Assembly: GCA_043228905.1 (NCBI GenBank)
Contig: JBHGNT010000022.1
Span: 12,710,001 to 12,774,000 of the forward strand
DNA: 64,000 nt
Source of the DNA: Azolla caroliniana
Lineage: Eukaryota; Plantae; Polypodiophyta
Direction: 5' to 3'
The number at the start of each line of letters is the position of its first letter. Position 1 is the stretch's first letter. The translations under genes were made by a program, and so were the position numbers. Shown piece by piece: positions 21,261 through 36,284 of this stretch. Below the pieces are notes generated by a model. That model ran no database searches. It was not told where the DNA came from and saw only the letters and a list, made by a program, of their open reading frames with translations.

Positions 21261-22848
21261 GAGATGCAAGACCCCTCCTCTTCGGTGGATTGAATTAACC
21301 ATTGCATTGCCTCTATAGGTTTTCAAAACATAGTTCACCACTACATTTAAAACAAAGCGGTAGTGCATCACATCACTTAGTGATTTGCATTACAATGAAA
21401 TATATCCCTTTCCAAGTCCTACGATGGATATCTATATTCAAGTCACAACTATATTCAAGTGCTTGGAGTGCACAAGCTTGGCCATGGTTGTTGGCTATTA
21501 CGATCCTCAATGTGCTCCACCTATCAACAATTTCATTAGCATGACTTCACAAGACACGTGCTACCTATGCATGAACTACTCATGGAGGTTTCTCATGCTT
21601 GGAGTTGGTGCATTGTTATGGCAGTGAACATTTCGGAGGCCCATCACAAATGTCGATGGGCTATTGGTCAACTAATACTTCACGTAGGCCTCTATTGTAT
21701 GCTTTCTTCAGCATTAGCATATAGTTCAAGATCATGTGAATTTTCTAGTTAATCTTTGCCCGAATATCAAAGCCATCACAATGCTGAAATGTATGAAATA
21801 TACTTGTTAATGGTGATTTTTCCAACACTAACCATGAAACTCAATATCTTTATCAATTATGTCATCTGCTATGGCACATCCACTGTCTAAGTCACATAAT
21901 CATATGAGAAAACACAACTTAATATATCAAAAATAAAATGATTGTAGACAATTGCTCATATAGGATCTGCTGCTTTATATCATCATACTGAGTTTATAAA
22001 GAACCAATGGTTTCCATTTTACTCCAGATTTATCAAGTATTCCACCGGTGAGCTTCATGCCAGCTAAAAGCACTTGAATATAGACATTTTGAGGTTTATA
22101 TGCATTTAACATAAGACATGATTCTGATACATCCATATAAAAAAGTTAAGAAAAAGCTTCACAATGTCCGATTGACTGTGCCTTAATAAAAGAAATGTGA
22201 ATAAAATTTGTATTAATGTTATGAAACAGTCAATGGTTTATCCATGTAGCACTATCTTTGTTTCTCTATAATTATGAACAATGTCATAAATAGCTTTTTG
22301 AGTACACCACAATAAACGTGATGATCCAAATATAATTTCATGTATACAACTTGGCTATTTCTATAGCCTATTTGAGATTATCACATACAGGTATATATAT
22401 ATTGTATCTTATAATGGAGCATGACTCCATGTAAACTACAAAGACTAACATAGTAATAAATGAAAACAAACAATTTTGGTATATAATATTAGTGCCCATG
22501 GACATAGTAATCTTTAAGAGTTAACTGTGTAATCAATCACAAATAATTACCAACTTTGATTTTGATATCATACAACACAGGTTGAGATCCTCCAAATAAC
22601 ACTGCCCCTGCCAAAACAAAACGAAAAAAGAGAATAAGAAAATGTTTACCTTTCAATATAAAAAAAGAAGGAAATGTTGATCTGCATCCACACCTATTAC
22701 CATGCAGGTAAATTTCACATATTTTTGGTCCTTCAAATTTGATGTAGACACTTGGCTTCAGTAGAGTGATGTGTTAATATATTCGATCAATATGTTGATG
22801 TATTATGTAGAGAAAAGAATAACAATCTGGTAGGACAAAATTTTAGAG

Positions 22849-23415
22849 TTAAAGCCGTTCAACAACAAAGTGATCGATGACTTGGGCATTGTTATTTGGG
22901 TCAGGAAAAGACCGTTGAGGACTCCATGTACTAGGGCACTTCCTCATGTATGATTCAATCAATTTATTCTCCTTACACCATTCAGGATCAAGTACCCATT
23001 CCTTCGGAACCTGAAAAATATATATATAATATAAGCAAAAACAAAGATAAAAACATGCAAAAAACTTCGGATGCATTTTTACACCAAGAAAGAGGATCAT
23101 AGGAAACTTAATACTTGGCCAAAAAAGACAATCATTTTAACTTTCAAAGGTTGATTGGAAGGTTTTCTCACTATTTCTTAAGTTCAAGGTTTTATTCTAA
23201 TAAAATATTTAAATTTCGTCTGCAATGTTAGCCAAATTTTAAGCAAATGTTTAAGGAATCCATAAAAACAAAGTGTATTGTCAGGGTTTCACAAGAAAAC
23301 AGCCCTGAACAGCAGCACATAGACATAATTACAACACCTGGAACAGCACATAGATGACAAAGATGTGAAAGCTATATATCTGTATATATCTATATCTCTA
23401 TCTATATGTATTTAA

Positions 23416-23450
<35 letters not shown>

Positions 23451-26400
23451 GCAGAGAGAGAGAGAGAGAGAGAGATTACTAAAGAAAACACTCTGGAAGA
23501 ACATACACATGATAGATTAAGAGTGAGTGAGAAATAAAAACAATTCCTACAGCCTTTAACAGCTTCACAGATATACATTATATACACAATAGATGAAGGG
23601 CAGCAAGAAACCAACAACAAACCTTGTCAACAGCAATTGTATACACTTCCAGGCTCCCAGATCTTGTGATGTGAAAGCGGGTAAAAGACTTATAGTTTGC
23701 TATTCTCAACGAAGAGAATGCTTCATCAAAATGGAGATGAAACCAGTTGATGCAGATGTAAAGATAGCAGCCAAAGACTAGAGAAACCACAGGCGTTGAG
23801 AAGACCCAATAATAAAGGAAGATACTTATGAAATACACAAACATATATCCTCGGGATAAAGCTGCCATTCCACTTTTGCATATACTGATGCGAGTCACCG
23901 CCATCACCTTGGAAGAGAAATACAAATAATGAATTGAACCATTAAAAAGAAATGTCACATGTATGAATAAGTAAACCATCAATATCACATACTAAGATAT
24001 ATCCTTTTTCATTTCAGTTTCCTCATGGTTAGTTGGTTAGACTAGTATATGTTGTTCCCCATGTGTACATTTGGTGCTTCTTTATAATAATAAAATGCCA
24101 TATGAATGAGTTAAGCATAAATACCGCAATCATCGACATAGTAACTTCTTTGTCATTTGTCTCATGGGTTTCGTTAGTGAAACACAGTTTTCCATGCCTA
24201 CATTTTGGTGCTTCTTTGTCCGCATACAGCAGACTCTACCTCCATGCTTGATAGTTTAGTTAATCTCTAAGGTTTAGGTTCTATTATATAATACCTCATT
24301 TAGCTAATAAATAAAAATAAATCATGTCATTCATGATGATTTTAGATTTGGTTTAGAGTTTTCTGAATTATACAGCTGGAGATGGTGGCTGAGAAAATCT
24401 CCAGGTTGAGAGATTATTGAAGTTCAAATTGTTATTGGATTGCTAATGTTTAAGACAGGAATGGTTGTCATGTCAAAGGTCATGTTATTGCCACATGAGG
24501 CTTTAGAAATGCATAGAGGAGAAGGTTTAACATGAGGTACAGAAGATGAAGACGAAGAATAGTCTCGTCATTGATAGGATTGCAGCATAGAAAGTGTCTT
24601 CAGGCGTATGGTACTCAAATGAAGAAGACATGAAATGGAAACGAAAGTAACCGTGGTCAAATGTAAGGGCCAAGAATTCATGAAGTGGAAAAGTGCAAAC
24701 ATGAGCTTTCTGGATTCTAGAGACCCTAAAACAAAGTAACAAACCACTTCATACCAAACAGTGTCGTGCATACAGCTAGCTATAAGTGATTCTATAAATA
24801 TTATGAGATCAACCAGATGCTTGCAAAACATGTTAATTTTCAACATAAACTCAGCACATACTTATCTATTCAAAATTGTGCTTTTGTGCTTGTTGCATTA
24901 TTGCAATATTCCAGTTGTATTATTCAGGTGTTTAAATGTACATTCAACTAGCACACTCATGTTCCCTAAATTTTTATTCTCTATTCTGCCTAAAAAAAGA
25001 ACTTAAATGAAAAAATATAGTACCTCTGGAACATCAAAAGCTGACATAAGATACTTGATGCATGCAGGATACAATCCAAATGTCCAATATTCAATCCTAG
25101 CCTTCAATCCAGTTGGATCTGGGAAATTTTCATTCTCAACAGATCTATACCATTCATATAATGTATGATAACCTGCAAAATGACAAAAATCTATGCAAGT
25201 TAAAAGATGTCCTTGGGAATAGAAATCTAAAATGATCTATATACGTCAAATTTAAAAATTATTCATATGTGCGAAAAGATTGATGACAGCTATGTAGAAA
25301 GAAATGCCACATCATTTAAAACATTCATAAACCCAAATTGAAAGAAACTAAATGTGAGCATAATAAATTTCGAGAGATATATAAGAAATCCTGACTTGCC
25401 TGCTGTGCCTAAGAGGCCATGTCGAATACATATCTCAATCCCTATCTCCAGTAGTAGCATCAGAACCATGGCCGCAGTCAAATGTGCACTCACATGAACC
25501 AAACCCAACACCATACGGCGTTTTCTTGAAATTTTTGCAGGAACAAATAGATATGAAAATATTAGCAACACCACGGTTCCACCAAGAGATATGTACGAAT
25601 ATTCGAGCATGTTTAGAAACATTGTCCATAGTGTCGACAAAAATTCACTTGCATGTCCAATCAATGAATTATCTTGCAGGATCTTGTCAAGATCACACTA
25701 AAAACAAATATTCACAATTAGCTTCGAAGAAAAGAAAATGCTTGCCAAATAGTAACAATACTGAAAACAGAGAACTTAAAAAACACGTGATTTCACTTTA
25801 AAAAAACATAAAACCACATGCAATGACTTCTTATAAAACATTATGCACTCCAGCTCCATTGTAATCATGCAGAGATCATTAAGACTTCATACCATTATCC
25901 ATAGCTTTGTTTAGGAATATTTCATAATGCATGAATGCACGCACACACAATGCCCACAGGTGAGTGTGCCTCGCCAAATATTGATGCAAGATCTACAGGA
26001 TATTCCAATTGATGATGATTATTTACAGTCAAGAATATGGGGAAACTTTACCACTAAATTTTAACACCCACATAACTAGACAACGGCACTAGTTGCTTCC
26101 TAACCAATAAGCAACATTAAGTATAGAAGAGAAGACAACATCAGTGGGATTAAAAGCATCAGAAAGAGCCATGATGGAAGAAGATTTGTCTCGACTGACA
26201 AAGAATACAGAAGACGGGGGCACAGGTATCCTATCTATAGCAGGGAAATAGCACCATAAGTTAAGTGCAAATATGCCTAAAAATGTTTGTATATAATAGG
26301 CAACCTGCTGTAATAAAGAGAGGACAGTGGAAGAAGATTTTTCCTGACTGATAAAGGATCCAGGGCGAGGGGTCACCCTAGCTAAATACAGACGTCGAAC

Positions 26401-29400
26401 TGTAGGTTAGCTATTTGTAGGTCTACTGGCAATGGTCAAAGGAAGTTGGATATAATAAGCAAGCTCGAGTAATAGAAGACTGCTGATTGCTATTATGTAC
26501 CCTGCCAAAAGTTTGTGTGTGCATGTGATATATGAGTAGTTGTGCTAACCTGCTCCTAAGTTGCGCCCAGAGTCTATGCCATTGACCAGTTTGCAGTCTG
26601 ACCAATGGCCTATTCTAACCATTCTGCTCCAACACCAAACTCTTTAGCAATCCTACATGCACATTGGTGTTCCCTTCTTTCTTCAGCACAGATATGTCAT
26701 CTTTGGCTCAAGCCATTAGTGCATGCTAGCATCGACCTTGCCATGTCCTTTCCCAAACCATATGGCACTTCGTACAGGGTTCTTCCCCAAGAAGTTGTCC
26801 CACTTCACCCTCAGCAGGATATTCTGGATGAGCAATCTTGCTTATCGCCCCTGTTGCGCAACCTTGCGCATTCACATTGCACGCCAACGCAGGACTAAAA
26901 GAGCAGACTTACCCAGGATTGCTTCAGTTCAATGGTTTCAGCTTTTGCAGCCAACAGCAGCCAGGGAACTTCTGTGCACATTTCGCCACACCAGACGCCA
27001 GTAGACATCACAGTTGCACTAGTGAAGCAAGTGTTCAGGCTGTCTGACCACAAACCAGAGGACACACAACTGCCACACAGTGAAGTCGAGGAAGGGAATT
27101 TCCCAAGAAAGGTGATATGAAGGATGTATAATGGGTGTGCATACCACAGCTTGATGGCTTCCCATTCACTACAGTATGCTTGATGTGTATGTTTGCTGGC
27201 CGGATTGTTCCAAGACCAACACAACTGCCTGTTCTTGCCGCTCTAATGCACTGAACTAATTATGCTCATTCAGATTTTAAACAAATATACAACATTGCAT
27301 CTATCAGATAAGTTCATCCCCCATTAATTCATAGAGAACTGACTCAATCACACTTGTCAAATTTCATGTGCCATGGTGCATAATTTCTTGGTAGGACAAT
27401 TAAGATAAAATGGCAGCCAAGAAGCCACACTGGTGTACAGAGGCATGTTTAAAGAGAATAACTGCAAATGATATTACGGTGACGCCTTCATGTTCTTAAA
27501 TAAGGATTGCACATCCAATAGGAAATTTCTTCTAACAAAAAGGTTATAGACCATGTTTCATTTCAGACTGCCATCTTATCTGCACAATCTAATGATGATA
27601 GGCTGCCTGTATCAAAAGGTCAAATGAGGACACAGGAGTATTGGGGCATCAAAAGCTAGTTGTATCAAATCTACCTCCATATTTATGCTTAAGTTACAAT
27701 ACATATTGTATGCATAAATAAGATAGCAAGACTTCAGTCTCACATAAATAAATGGAGCAGGGCCATAGTTTTACCTGTGGAAATGAAGAAAGCACCAAAA
27801 CAAAATACACTATACCACCAATCGCATCAAAACGCCAATTTTTTTTCCGAAACTTCAGGATATTTCCCAAGGCCATCTGAAAATCAAAGACTTATAAGAT
27901 ACCCTAGCAAAGTTAAAACATTTGCACCTTTGTGTTATCATCACAAAAGTAAACCATATACTCACTCTCTTTGAATCTGAGAATGATGGATACACAGATT
28001 TCTTCTCATATGAAGATCCCAAAAAGTAATCAAACTTTGCAAACACATGTGTGGGGTGCAGGAAAGCCCCACCACATCCATTGACAATAAGGTGTTCTAC
28101 ATTTGGAAGTTTTTGTGACTTAACAGCTGAATGGCGGAAGTAATGATGTAAATCACCTGCAATCCTGATTCTGCAACGATCTTTTAAGAGATCTTGAATT
28201 AAAATAGACACATTTGTCCCTGTTGTATTGCGCCAGTACCAATCCAGCAACCAGGAAGGTTCATGTGTCATGATTATGACAGAATCCTTTTTCTTCACCT
28301 TGAAATACCAAAATTGTGTGTTCATTACATATATCATTAAGGGAATAAAAGAGTTAACAAATGAAAGCCAAATCAGTAGAAGTTACATTAAGATACTACT
28401 CAAATTTGAAAAAATAGTAATAATAATAGATATAACTACTTGAAAATGGATTCACAGCTCCCAGCTACAGCTGGTTGGTTGTGACCTCTATGCACTACTA
28501 GTTCATGCATCTAGATGATAACAGGAAATTTGAAAAACACATACAAATTACAAGCTACCATCTACCGCATCAATACAATCCAAATCTACATAAACCTGAA
28601 CTTATTAAATACATTTGAGTGAGTACCATACGTATATATGGATTTTGTGTATGGATACAATAGGCACACAGTTAAGTAGTAGCACATATATTAACCATAG
28701 TTGAGAGTAACATGCCCAAAAATCAAGAATGTGAGTCCTGACACCACCAGAGGTAGATTTTGCTATCCCATTATATTTGCATCAAGGCATTCCTAATGAA
28801 AGAACAAGCACCATCATGGCTAGTGGCTTACCTTCCCCAAGGTTCTGGATCTGTGGATCCCAGGTAACAGCGCAAATGATTCTGGTCCAAAATGCGTGGT
28901 AGAAAGCATATCTGATTCAATGCAAATTGTTCTGCACACTCTTGAAGCACTATATTTAAGATGCTTCACAGCACGGCAAGATAATCGTAGTGTGCCAAGA
29001 TACTATAGACTATGCCTCTTGTGTTCCATCAATGCCAGGAAATCGAATTTTTAAACCATGAGTCTTAGCTCTCAGTATGAGTCAAGGTGCAAGATGTGGT
29101 TAACAAAAACTTGATTTAGGGTAACCGCTTTTCGACCAGGATGATTTTCGTTTTTTGACTATGCCCAATGAAAACAATTATGCTCACCATACAAATAATT
29201 GGGTCTTCCTCTTTTTCTAGACACACTACAATGACAAAGAATTGATGCATCTGACTTTTTTTATGCCACTCAATTGCCCTGGAATAATAGGCTATGTCGA
29301 TCTCTTCTTATGTAAAAATTAAAAACTGATGCCCAACGGCCAAAACCATAAAATCTGTAACCTAATGAGGTTCACTTTGAACTGTTTCACGACAGATGTT

Positions 29401-32400
29401 TAAAAGAATGGGCAATAAGACTTCAGGGTGTATACTTATATACCTATGTCCAACTTTGTCCGTTAATAAAAACAAAACGTATCAGGTTGCTATTATGATT
29501 TCTATACTCTACAAAACTTTATCATAGCAAAAACATTGAACATTATATTAATTATGATATGGAAAATCCAGTGTGAAACAGATATGGAGGTTTTTTCTGC
29601 TAGCTGGACAAAACTACCATTGTACCGATCTTCAAGAGCAGAGATCCCATGATATCTAGCAACTATAGGACAATAAGGATTGGGCATTACTTGGCTAAAG
29701 TATATGCGTCAATCCCAAAGTCAGAATTGAATGTATGTGCAGAGAGAAATAGCTGCCATTCAACCAGACAGGCAGGTTTCCAAAAGGGGTTTACCACTTT
29801 GGATCACATACGGACACCATCAATGCCCTTAATAAGGAACGAATAACCCATAAAAAGTAGAAACTATTGTTGCTTTGTGGGTTTCCAGGAAGACTTTGAC
29901 ATTAATAAACATGCTCAGCTCACGGAATGCCTAGGAAGTCATTGAAGTCCCAGTGGATATGTAATAGGGAATCTATGCACCATATGAATTATTGTCAGGA
30001 AAAGTGTGGATTCATCATGGGTTGGCGAAGGTCGTGACTAGCATGATTGGAATGAAACAAGGATGCCCACTATCACACACTTTTTATCTTTATATAGATT
30101 GGGTATATAACTGCATAGAGTATTTGGGTGGTTCAGGAGCCTGATTGGCAAGGGCAGCCATACCAATATTACTATAAGCTGATATCATTGTGTTTATTTC
30201 TGACTACTTGAAGGGACCACAAAGACATCAATTCTTTAATCACTTTGTATCAACAAATATCTGTCAGTAAACCTTGATATAAACTCAAGTGATGTGTTTT
30301 ACTGCCATTGAAGTATGGGTAAAGAGATCAGAACCAGAAGCTAGACAAAAAGAGGTCATACACACAATCCTACACATATAGGAGTAACACTCACCAGGCA
30401 TCTGTTCTCCAACTTATTTGGGATCTTCCAAACCAAAAGCACTCAAAATTGGCACATATGTCATCAAAACAGTTGGTTAAATATTGAGATAATCAATATT
30501 GGTATGCTGAAATGCAAGAAGGGTTCCAATAACATGGCATAAATATAAATACCCTACTCTCACTACTATATTGCTCAGATAGTCCACACCTGAACATGAC
30601 CAAAGAGAAAAATAATAGAGTGATCTGAACTGATATCATATAATTAGATAGTGAGAGAACATGGGCCAACCCAACAACATCTCCTAGTAGAAAGATGGAC
30701 CATTATAAGGCACTTTTTTTACACATGTAACTGAAGGGATTTATGACTTGGCCATTTTATATGAATACGGAACCATCCCACACACACTGTAATGTGATAG
30801 GGAAGCTCAAGAACTCTATATCAGTTGGAGATTGAAATACGCAGACACGGACGCTAATCTATGGACAAATGGCTGTCCATTGTGCCATCAAGGGTAGAAT
30901 CAGAAGAACACTATGTTTGCCATTGTTTTTTTTTATGAAATGAGATGGAGATACCATTGTTTCTTTCCAACAAGGCTTTGGCCCACTACACAATGTAATG
31001 GAAGACAAAAGTCAATAATCCCTGGGACTGTTCTTGGGACATAAGAGAGATGCTGAAGCACAACCAAACGACCACAACAGTTCATCAAAAAAGTATCATC
31101 ACAACTTTCTTTAGCTGCATCACTCTCTCCTATGCCCCAAATGAATCAAGGGCTACACACGTGGGGTCTCTACTAAACACTCAAAAGTGATTTTACAATA
31201 GATAGGATAATAGCAATTCCTCATGAACATAAGTGTTATCCTCTTAAGCCACAGCTTCCATCACATTTGTCATCCACAGATAAAGGCCATTATCACCAAG
31301 CAATGGAGGTGCTTCTCTCACTTAGTAGGCCTCGCCATCTTGAAGATCTTTTGGATGTAAAACTTTCAGTTTATCTAAGTTCAAAATCGTAAGTCCTTAG
31401 CTTAATGAGATTCTTTGGTACCTTATATTTAGATGTATATTTTTTGGACTGCTGTTCTCAAAGATGAGACCAACATTTTAAGATGCAATCTCTTGTTCGT
31501 TCTCATAGGCCATTTTGGCCTCTTAAAAGACATTAATATATCTTTCTTTTGTTCTTTTTTTCTCCTACCTTTCCTCTTTCTTAATAGGAGAATAATATAT
31601 GCAATTAATCAAATGATTCACTTGGAAATACTAAAGGTGTAGGCTCAATTACACACCTGTTTTCTAATTAATTCAGAAAAGTAGCGAAATTGCAATATGT
31701 CTATGTCTGCATAAAGTGCTTGATCTAGACCAAAAACCCACCAGCCATGTGGAAGCCGCAATGCAAAGTAGCTCTTCTTTTGGGGTAAAAGCCAACCACC
31801 AAGCCAGCTTTTGTGGCAAACGTATCGGACAAATGTTTCAAGCCCATCAAGCCAATCTACAAGTGCAAAGAAAAATCTCGTTATTAATTTGTAGAAATAA
31901 AAAAAAACTCATAGATACAAGAATTATACACACCATGGTTTCCTGGAATAGCAAAGCATTGTGGACCTTCATAATCAGCAAGAGATTGCACTCCACTTGG
32001 AAGCTCTGGTTTTCTGACAGCTATGTGTGCTTCCTTATAGAAAGGAGGGGGTTGTAATGCATATTGAAAGGGACGGAAAAGACGATTCTCATATGAAGAG
32101 GGAGATGGGTTAGGATAACTGCAAAAGCAGAGTACAATTACATTATGTACACAATGCCACAATCCACAAGCATCATGATGAGCCACACAAAATCTGAGAA
32201 AAAAAACGGTGACTCACGCAAGATCTCCTCCAATCATTAACAAATTTCCACGTTGTAGGCATTTCTGGTTTCCCTCGACCTCTAACTTTAATTGAGGCTG
32301 GGCAAGAAGGCGGGCCACTGTATATGTGGAATTACCACCGTCTCCTGTGTCTGCCATGAAGTCAAACCAGAGTTCTTCACGCTCACTCATATGACTGTAC

Positions 32401-35400
32401 AAAAAATCGTCCTGTTTAGAGCAGGGCTGATCTTTCGCCATAGCAGCCTGTCAGTAGGAAACATCACAACCAGGCAGATGCAATAAGCCACTCCCTAACT
32501 AATATATTAGCTTCAAGCTTATGAGTACAATGAGCTTGTTGCCCAATAGTAGAAAATAATTGTGAGGGAAGTCAAGGTCTGAGTCCTAAATATGCATAAA
32601 ACAGCTTTGTTATCATGTCCCAAAACATTCTGTGCGGCAACAATTCAACATTTTGATCTTACAGCTTGAAAAGTTCACACGAGATCACAATCTTCCTATG
32701 AGATTCTATTTTGCAAACCTAACATGATATTTGATCACTCCCATATCTTTTATTGGGTTATGTCAAAATCACTGCTAAAAATCGACCATTTATGTACTGA
32801 AATACCTGCATGGTTCTCATGTCAAATCGGCCAAGAAAGAGAGTGACGGATACTAAAAGGTCAAATGCAGTTTTAAACAAGTCAGCTGATGTCCTGCATA
32901 AACGGAAACAAATCATAAGTAACAACAACAAAGAACCAATTTTTCAAAAAATCCAAAGTTTAAAGGTAGTTATAGAAAAATACCCAGAATACCAGGGCAC
33001 CATATCCAAGAACATGGGATCCCTGTTGACAGTGGCCTGCACCTTGGAATCAGTAACCTTCTGAGGATGTGTCAAAGCCCAACTGTCAATAAACATAGAG
33101 AAAACCCTGAAATTTAGTTCTCGGCATCTCAAAAACCATTTAAATTTGTGATTTTTATAAGACATTTGTTTTGTGAATATATTTACCCAGTTGAGCGCTC
33201 AACAACATAATTTGCTATATACAACCCAATAAACGTGGCCCACAAAGAGTATACTGGTGATATAATGTTATCAGATGCACCAACACATCCTTCATTGCAA
33301 GCTAGCTACAAGTGAAAAAAGGGAATATACTGAAATTAAGACTTCCTTTGAAGCATTCAATTAATAAGCAACAATATGAGGAACCAGTTACGCATATACC
33401 TCTCCATATAGAACCCACTTCGAAAAGACAGGATAGTCATTGGCAGAACCCACAGGCCCTAGCCAAGTAGAGCATATTTGCTCTTTGGCATCATGCCATC
33501 CCATGACCCATGTTTTGTTTGAACTTTTTAAGTAATCGAATATTATTTGACTAGACCTTTGCCGTCCAAAAGGGAGAATCCGCGAGGGAGCGCGGTTGCC
33601 ACAATGACTGTAGAAGACACAGCAAGCTATGCTCAAAACCTGGTAATATTTATGTAACATCGGTTACCCCGTGACAACAAAACTTACATTTTGGATTGAT
33701 GATGGAAGAATTAAGTTCAAAACAGGATCTTAACATTTGATCTCAAGATGGACTGTTTGACTTCAAATGGACACATTATATTTGAGTTGATAATGGGAGA
33801 ATTTTAGGCTCAAAAACATCTTACGCTTGAATTAGTGAAATTTTCAGTTCAAAAAGTTACATGGCATATGTCCACCGACAACGGAGAATTGAAGTTAAAA
33901 ACAAATGATATCTTACCACACTATTCTGCAGTATAGTGAGAATCTCGGGCCTCTTCCCAGCCAGACGGGCTGCAAGGCCGAGATACCATAGCATCAAGAA
34001 ACATATATGAAAAGCTGCTAGTGCAATAACAGAGGATAAAAACAATGTCAAAAAGAGTGATAAGTTCATCTTCAGATCAACTCCCATGGACTGGAAACTC
34101 GGAAGATGATAGCATGCTGCAATTAATAACCAAGCCACATACCTGCCATCACATGGACAGGGACCATGTTAGGTCCAGAATGCAAATCAAAGCTATTTGA
34201 CAGAATTAATTGCATTTCACAAACTTCTTGGGCAAAGGTGTCATGCTGACATGGTCAAAAAACAATTGGTTGCAAAGAAAGTATGGGCGATATCTGAGGA
34301 TTCGAAGGGTAAAGTGTTGAACCACAATGTTTCTAGGCAAAATGCTAAAATTGCACCAAGTGGATTTTAGCTTTGTTTCCAACAAAGTTAATTTTACAGT
34401 TTTCGCTACGAGGGTACATATTAAAATGGTGTTATGTGAAATTAAACTCGTTCTCAACTCATAAAATGTAAAGTTTTCTGAAGCTATCCACTTTTAACCA
34501 TTGGTTAATGCTGAGCACTACATTTTTGGCAGAGATTCATCTTCTATGTAAACCTAAGTAGAATGAATAAAAAAATACACAAAAGTCCAGTCTCTTAACT
34601 ATGGCAAACTAGATTGTGCATGGATAAAGGTTTCCACATTCAATTGACCCTATCTCTAGCCTGCTGTATGCACAACAGTCTCCATCCGATTAATAATCAT
34701 CATATGCAATGGAAAAGCAAGTAAATTTATCCATACATAAGAAAATGGTCTAGGTTCTAGCCTTACTATTGTCTCCTAAATGAAGATTATGTCTGTACAC
34801 AACAATGTCCATTATATTAAGAGCTATGAGCCTAGTGCATAGATCAATCAATCTAAATCTAAATGATCTACCTCAAATCTTAATACTGAATCCTAACAAA
34901 GGTTATGTGAGTGTAACTAACAATATCCAGAAGATTGAGGACTATTATAAGCAATGAAGACCATATCTATCAAGATTGTGGATGGATGAAGCCATTTACA
35001 ATTGTCTAGCTGGAGCCTTAACATTCACATCTGCTGAAGGTTATATGTACGAATACAGCAATATCCATGAGATTAAGGACTACTATATCTAATGGAGACC
35101 ATACCTATCCAAAAGGTGCCTGTATAATGCGATCCATATGCAAATGGATCTAAATCTACCTTTAATACTGATTCCTACTGAAGAAACGAGGACCATATTC
35201 ATCTCGATTGTGCATGGATAAAGCCCTCTATATGCAGATGTTCTATCTGGAGCCTTATCATTCACATCTACTTAAGGTTATATATACAAATATAGCAATA
35301 TCCATGAGATTAAGAACTACTATATCCAATGGAAACCATACCTATCCAAAAGGTGCATGGATAAAGCAATCCATATGCAAATGCATCTAAATCTAGCTTT

Positions 35401-36284
35401 AATATTGATTCCTAAAGAAGGTTATGTGTGTTAACAAACAGCAATATCCATAAGGTAAGGAACATTACATAGAATCTAGGATCGAAAAAAAAATTCAAAT
35501 CAAGAATTAATTGATAGAATCATCACAATAATGATCATTATATGCAATTTAGAAGCAGCAGACCAGCACAAAATAAAATAAGAGAAGGACAAAAATAGCA
35601 ATATCCATACAATTCCGGAGCATTGCATACTCTCTAGGACCAATATAAGCATAACAATATCCATAGCATCAAGGAATATCAAATCAGCCAAAAAAACAAA
35701 ACACGACAACAATAACCATAAGTTTAAGGACTATCAGATCAAATAAAATAATACATAATTACAATAGAAAACACATTAAAAAAGCAATACAGTACATAGC
35801 ATACCAGACACAATAAACAGCATCTATAATGAACTAAAAAAAATCATAATTAAAAATACAAAAATCTAATATATATACAAGAAACGTGCATAGAAAAAAT
35901 ACAAATAATATACAGATAGAATACCTAATATAGAAAAAATACAGCATAATATGCATATAGAAAAAACCAATTTTAAAATATATACTAAAACTTTAGAATA
36001 ACTGTAAATAAGGTAACAAAATGAGCTTACCATCTGCTGAAGTTGGAGTAGCTAGGTTGGATTGTTTTGCCATAGAATGGAGAAGAGAAGAAGTAGAAGA
36101 AGCCCAACAAGCATCCATACATGTACCACCATTTGAGATTGTTATCCAATTTGAAGATAAGAGTATGCATGTTATCAGTAGATATGAAAAAAACAGAACC
36201 TATAAGCACTGCAAAAACAGCATGTCTTGAATGCTCGTGTGGGTATGGATATGTATGTGTTAACATTGTCCTCACAGTATCCAT
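22849..36284 (-). CDS. Membrane-associated calcineurin-like metallophosphoesterase (At4g23000/At4g11800-like), ~989 aa, 15 exons
   Basis: Exons 36284-36031, 34142-33917, 33639-33400, 33305-33187, 33082-32984, 32893-32806, 32447-32218, 32118-31934, 31856-31657, 28298-27966, 27876-27775, 25697-25400, 25172-25024, 23907-23623, 23010-22849; sum 2970 nt with consistent phases. Motifs THTYPYPHEHSRHA, DFMADTGDG, GGDLAYP, IPGNHDW, THEP, AGDLHHY, GGAFLHPTH. Confidence 0.93.
23424..23475. repeat. Compound (TA)n-(GA)n microsatellite in the last intron
   Basis: Directly visible. Confidence 0.9.
29590..31060 (+). mobile_element. Highly degenerate RTE-X-like LINE remnant in intron 9, antisense to the host gene
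   Basis: DPMISSNYRTIRIGHYLAKVYASI, QAGFQKGFTTLDHI, IGMKQGCPLSHT and a QLEIE-like C-terminal remnant near 30820. Confidence 0.75.
34600..35460. repeat. Composite tandem repeat in intron 1 (~237-bp higher-order units built from ~120-130-bp related subunits)
   Basis: ctggagcctta(a/t)cattcacatct..aaggttatat..gcaatatccatgagattaag..gaccatacctatccaaaaggtgc at ~35010 and ~35247, with older copies on both sides. Confidence 0.75.

Noticed and set aside
24527-24742. Extra exon in phosphoesterase intron 13
   Set aside because: Flanking exons already join in frame (FDVPE|VMAVTR); no donor or homology support.
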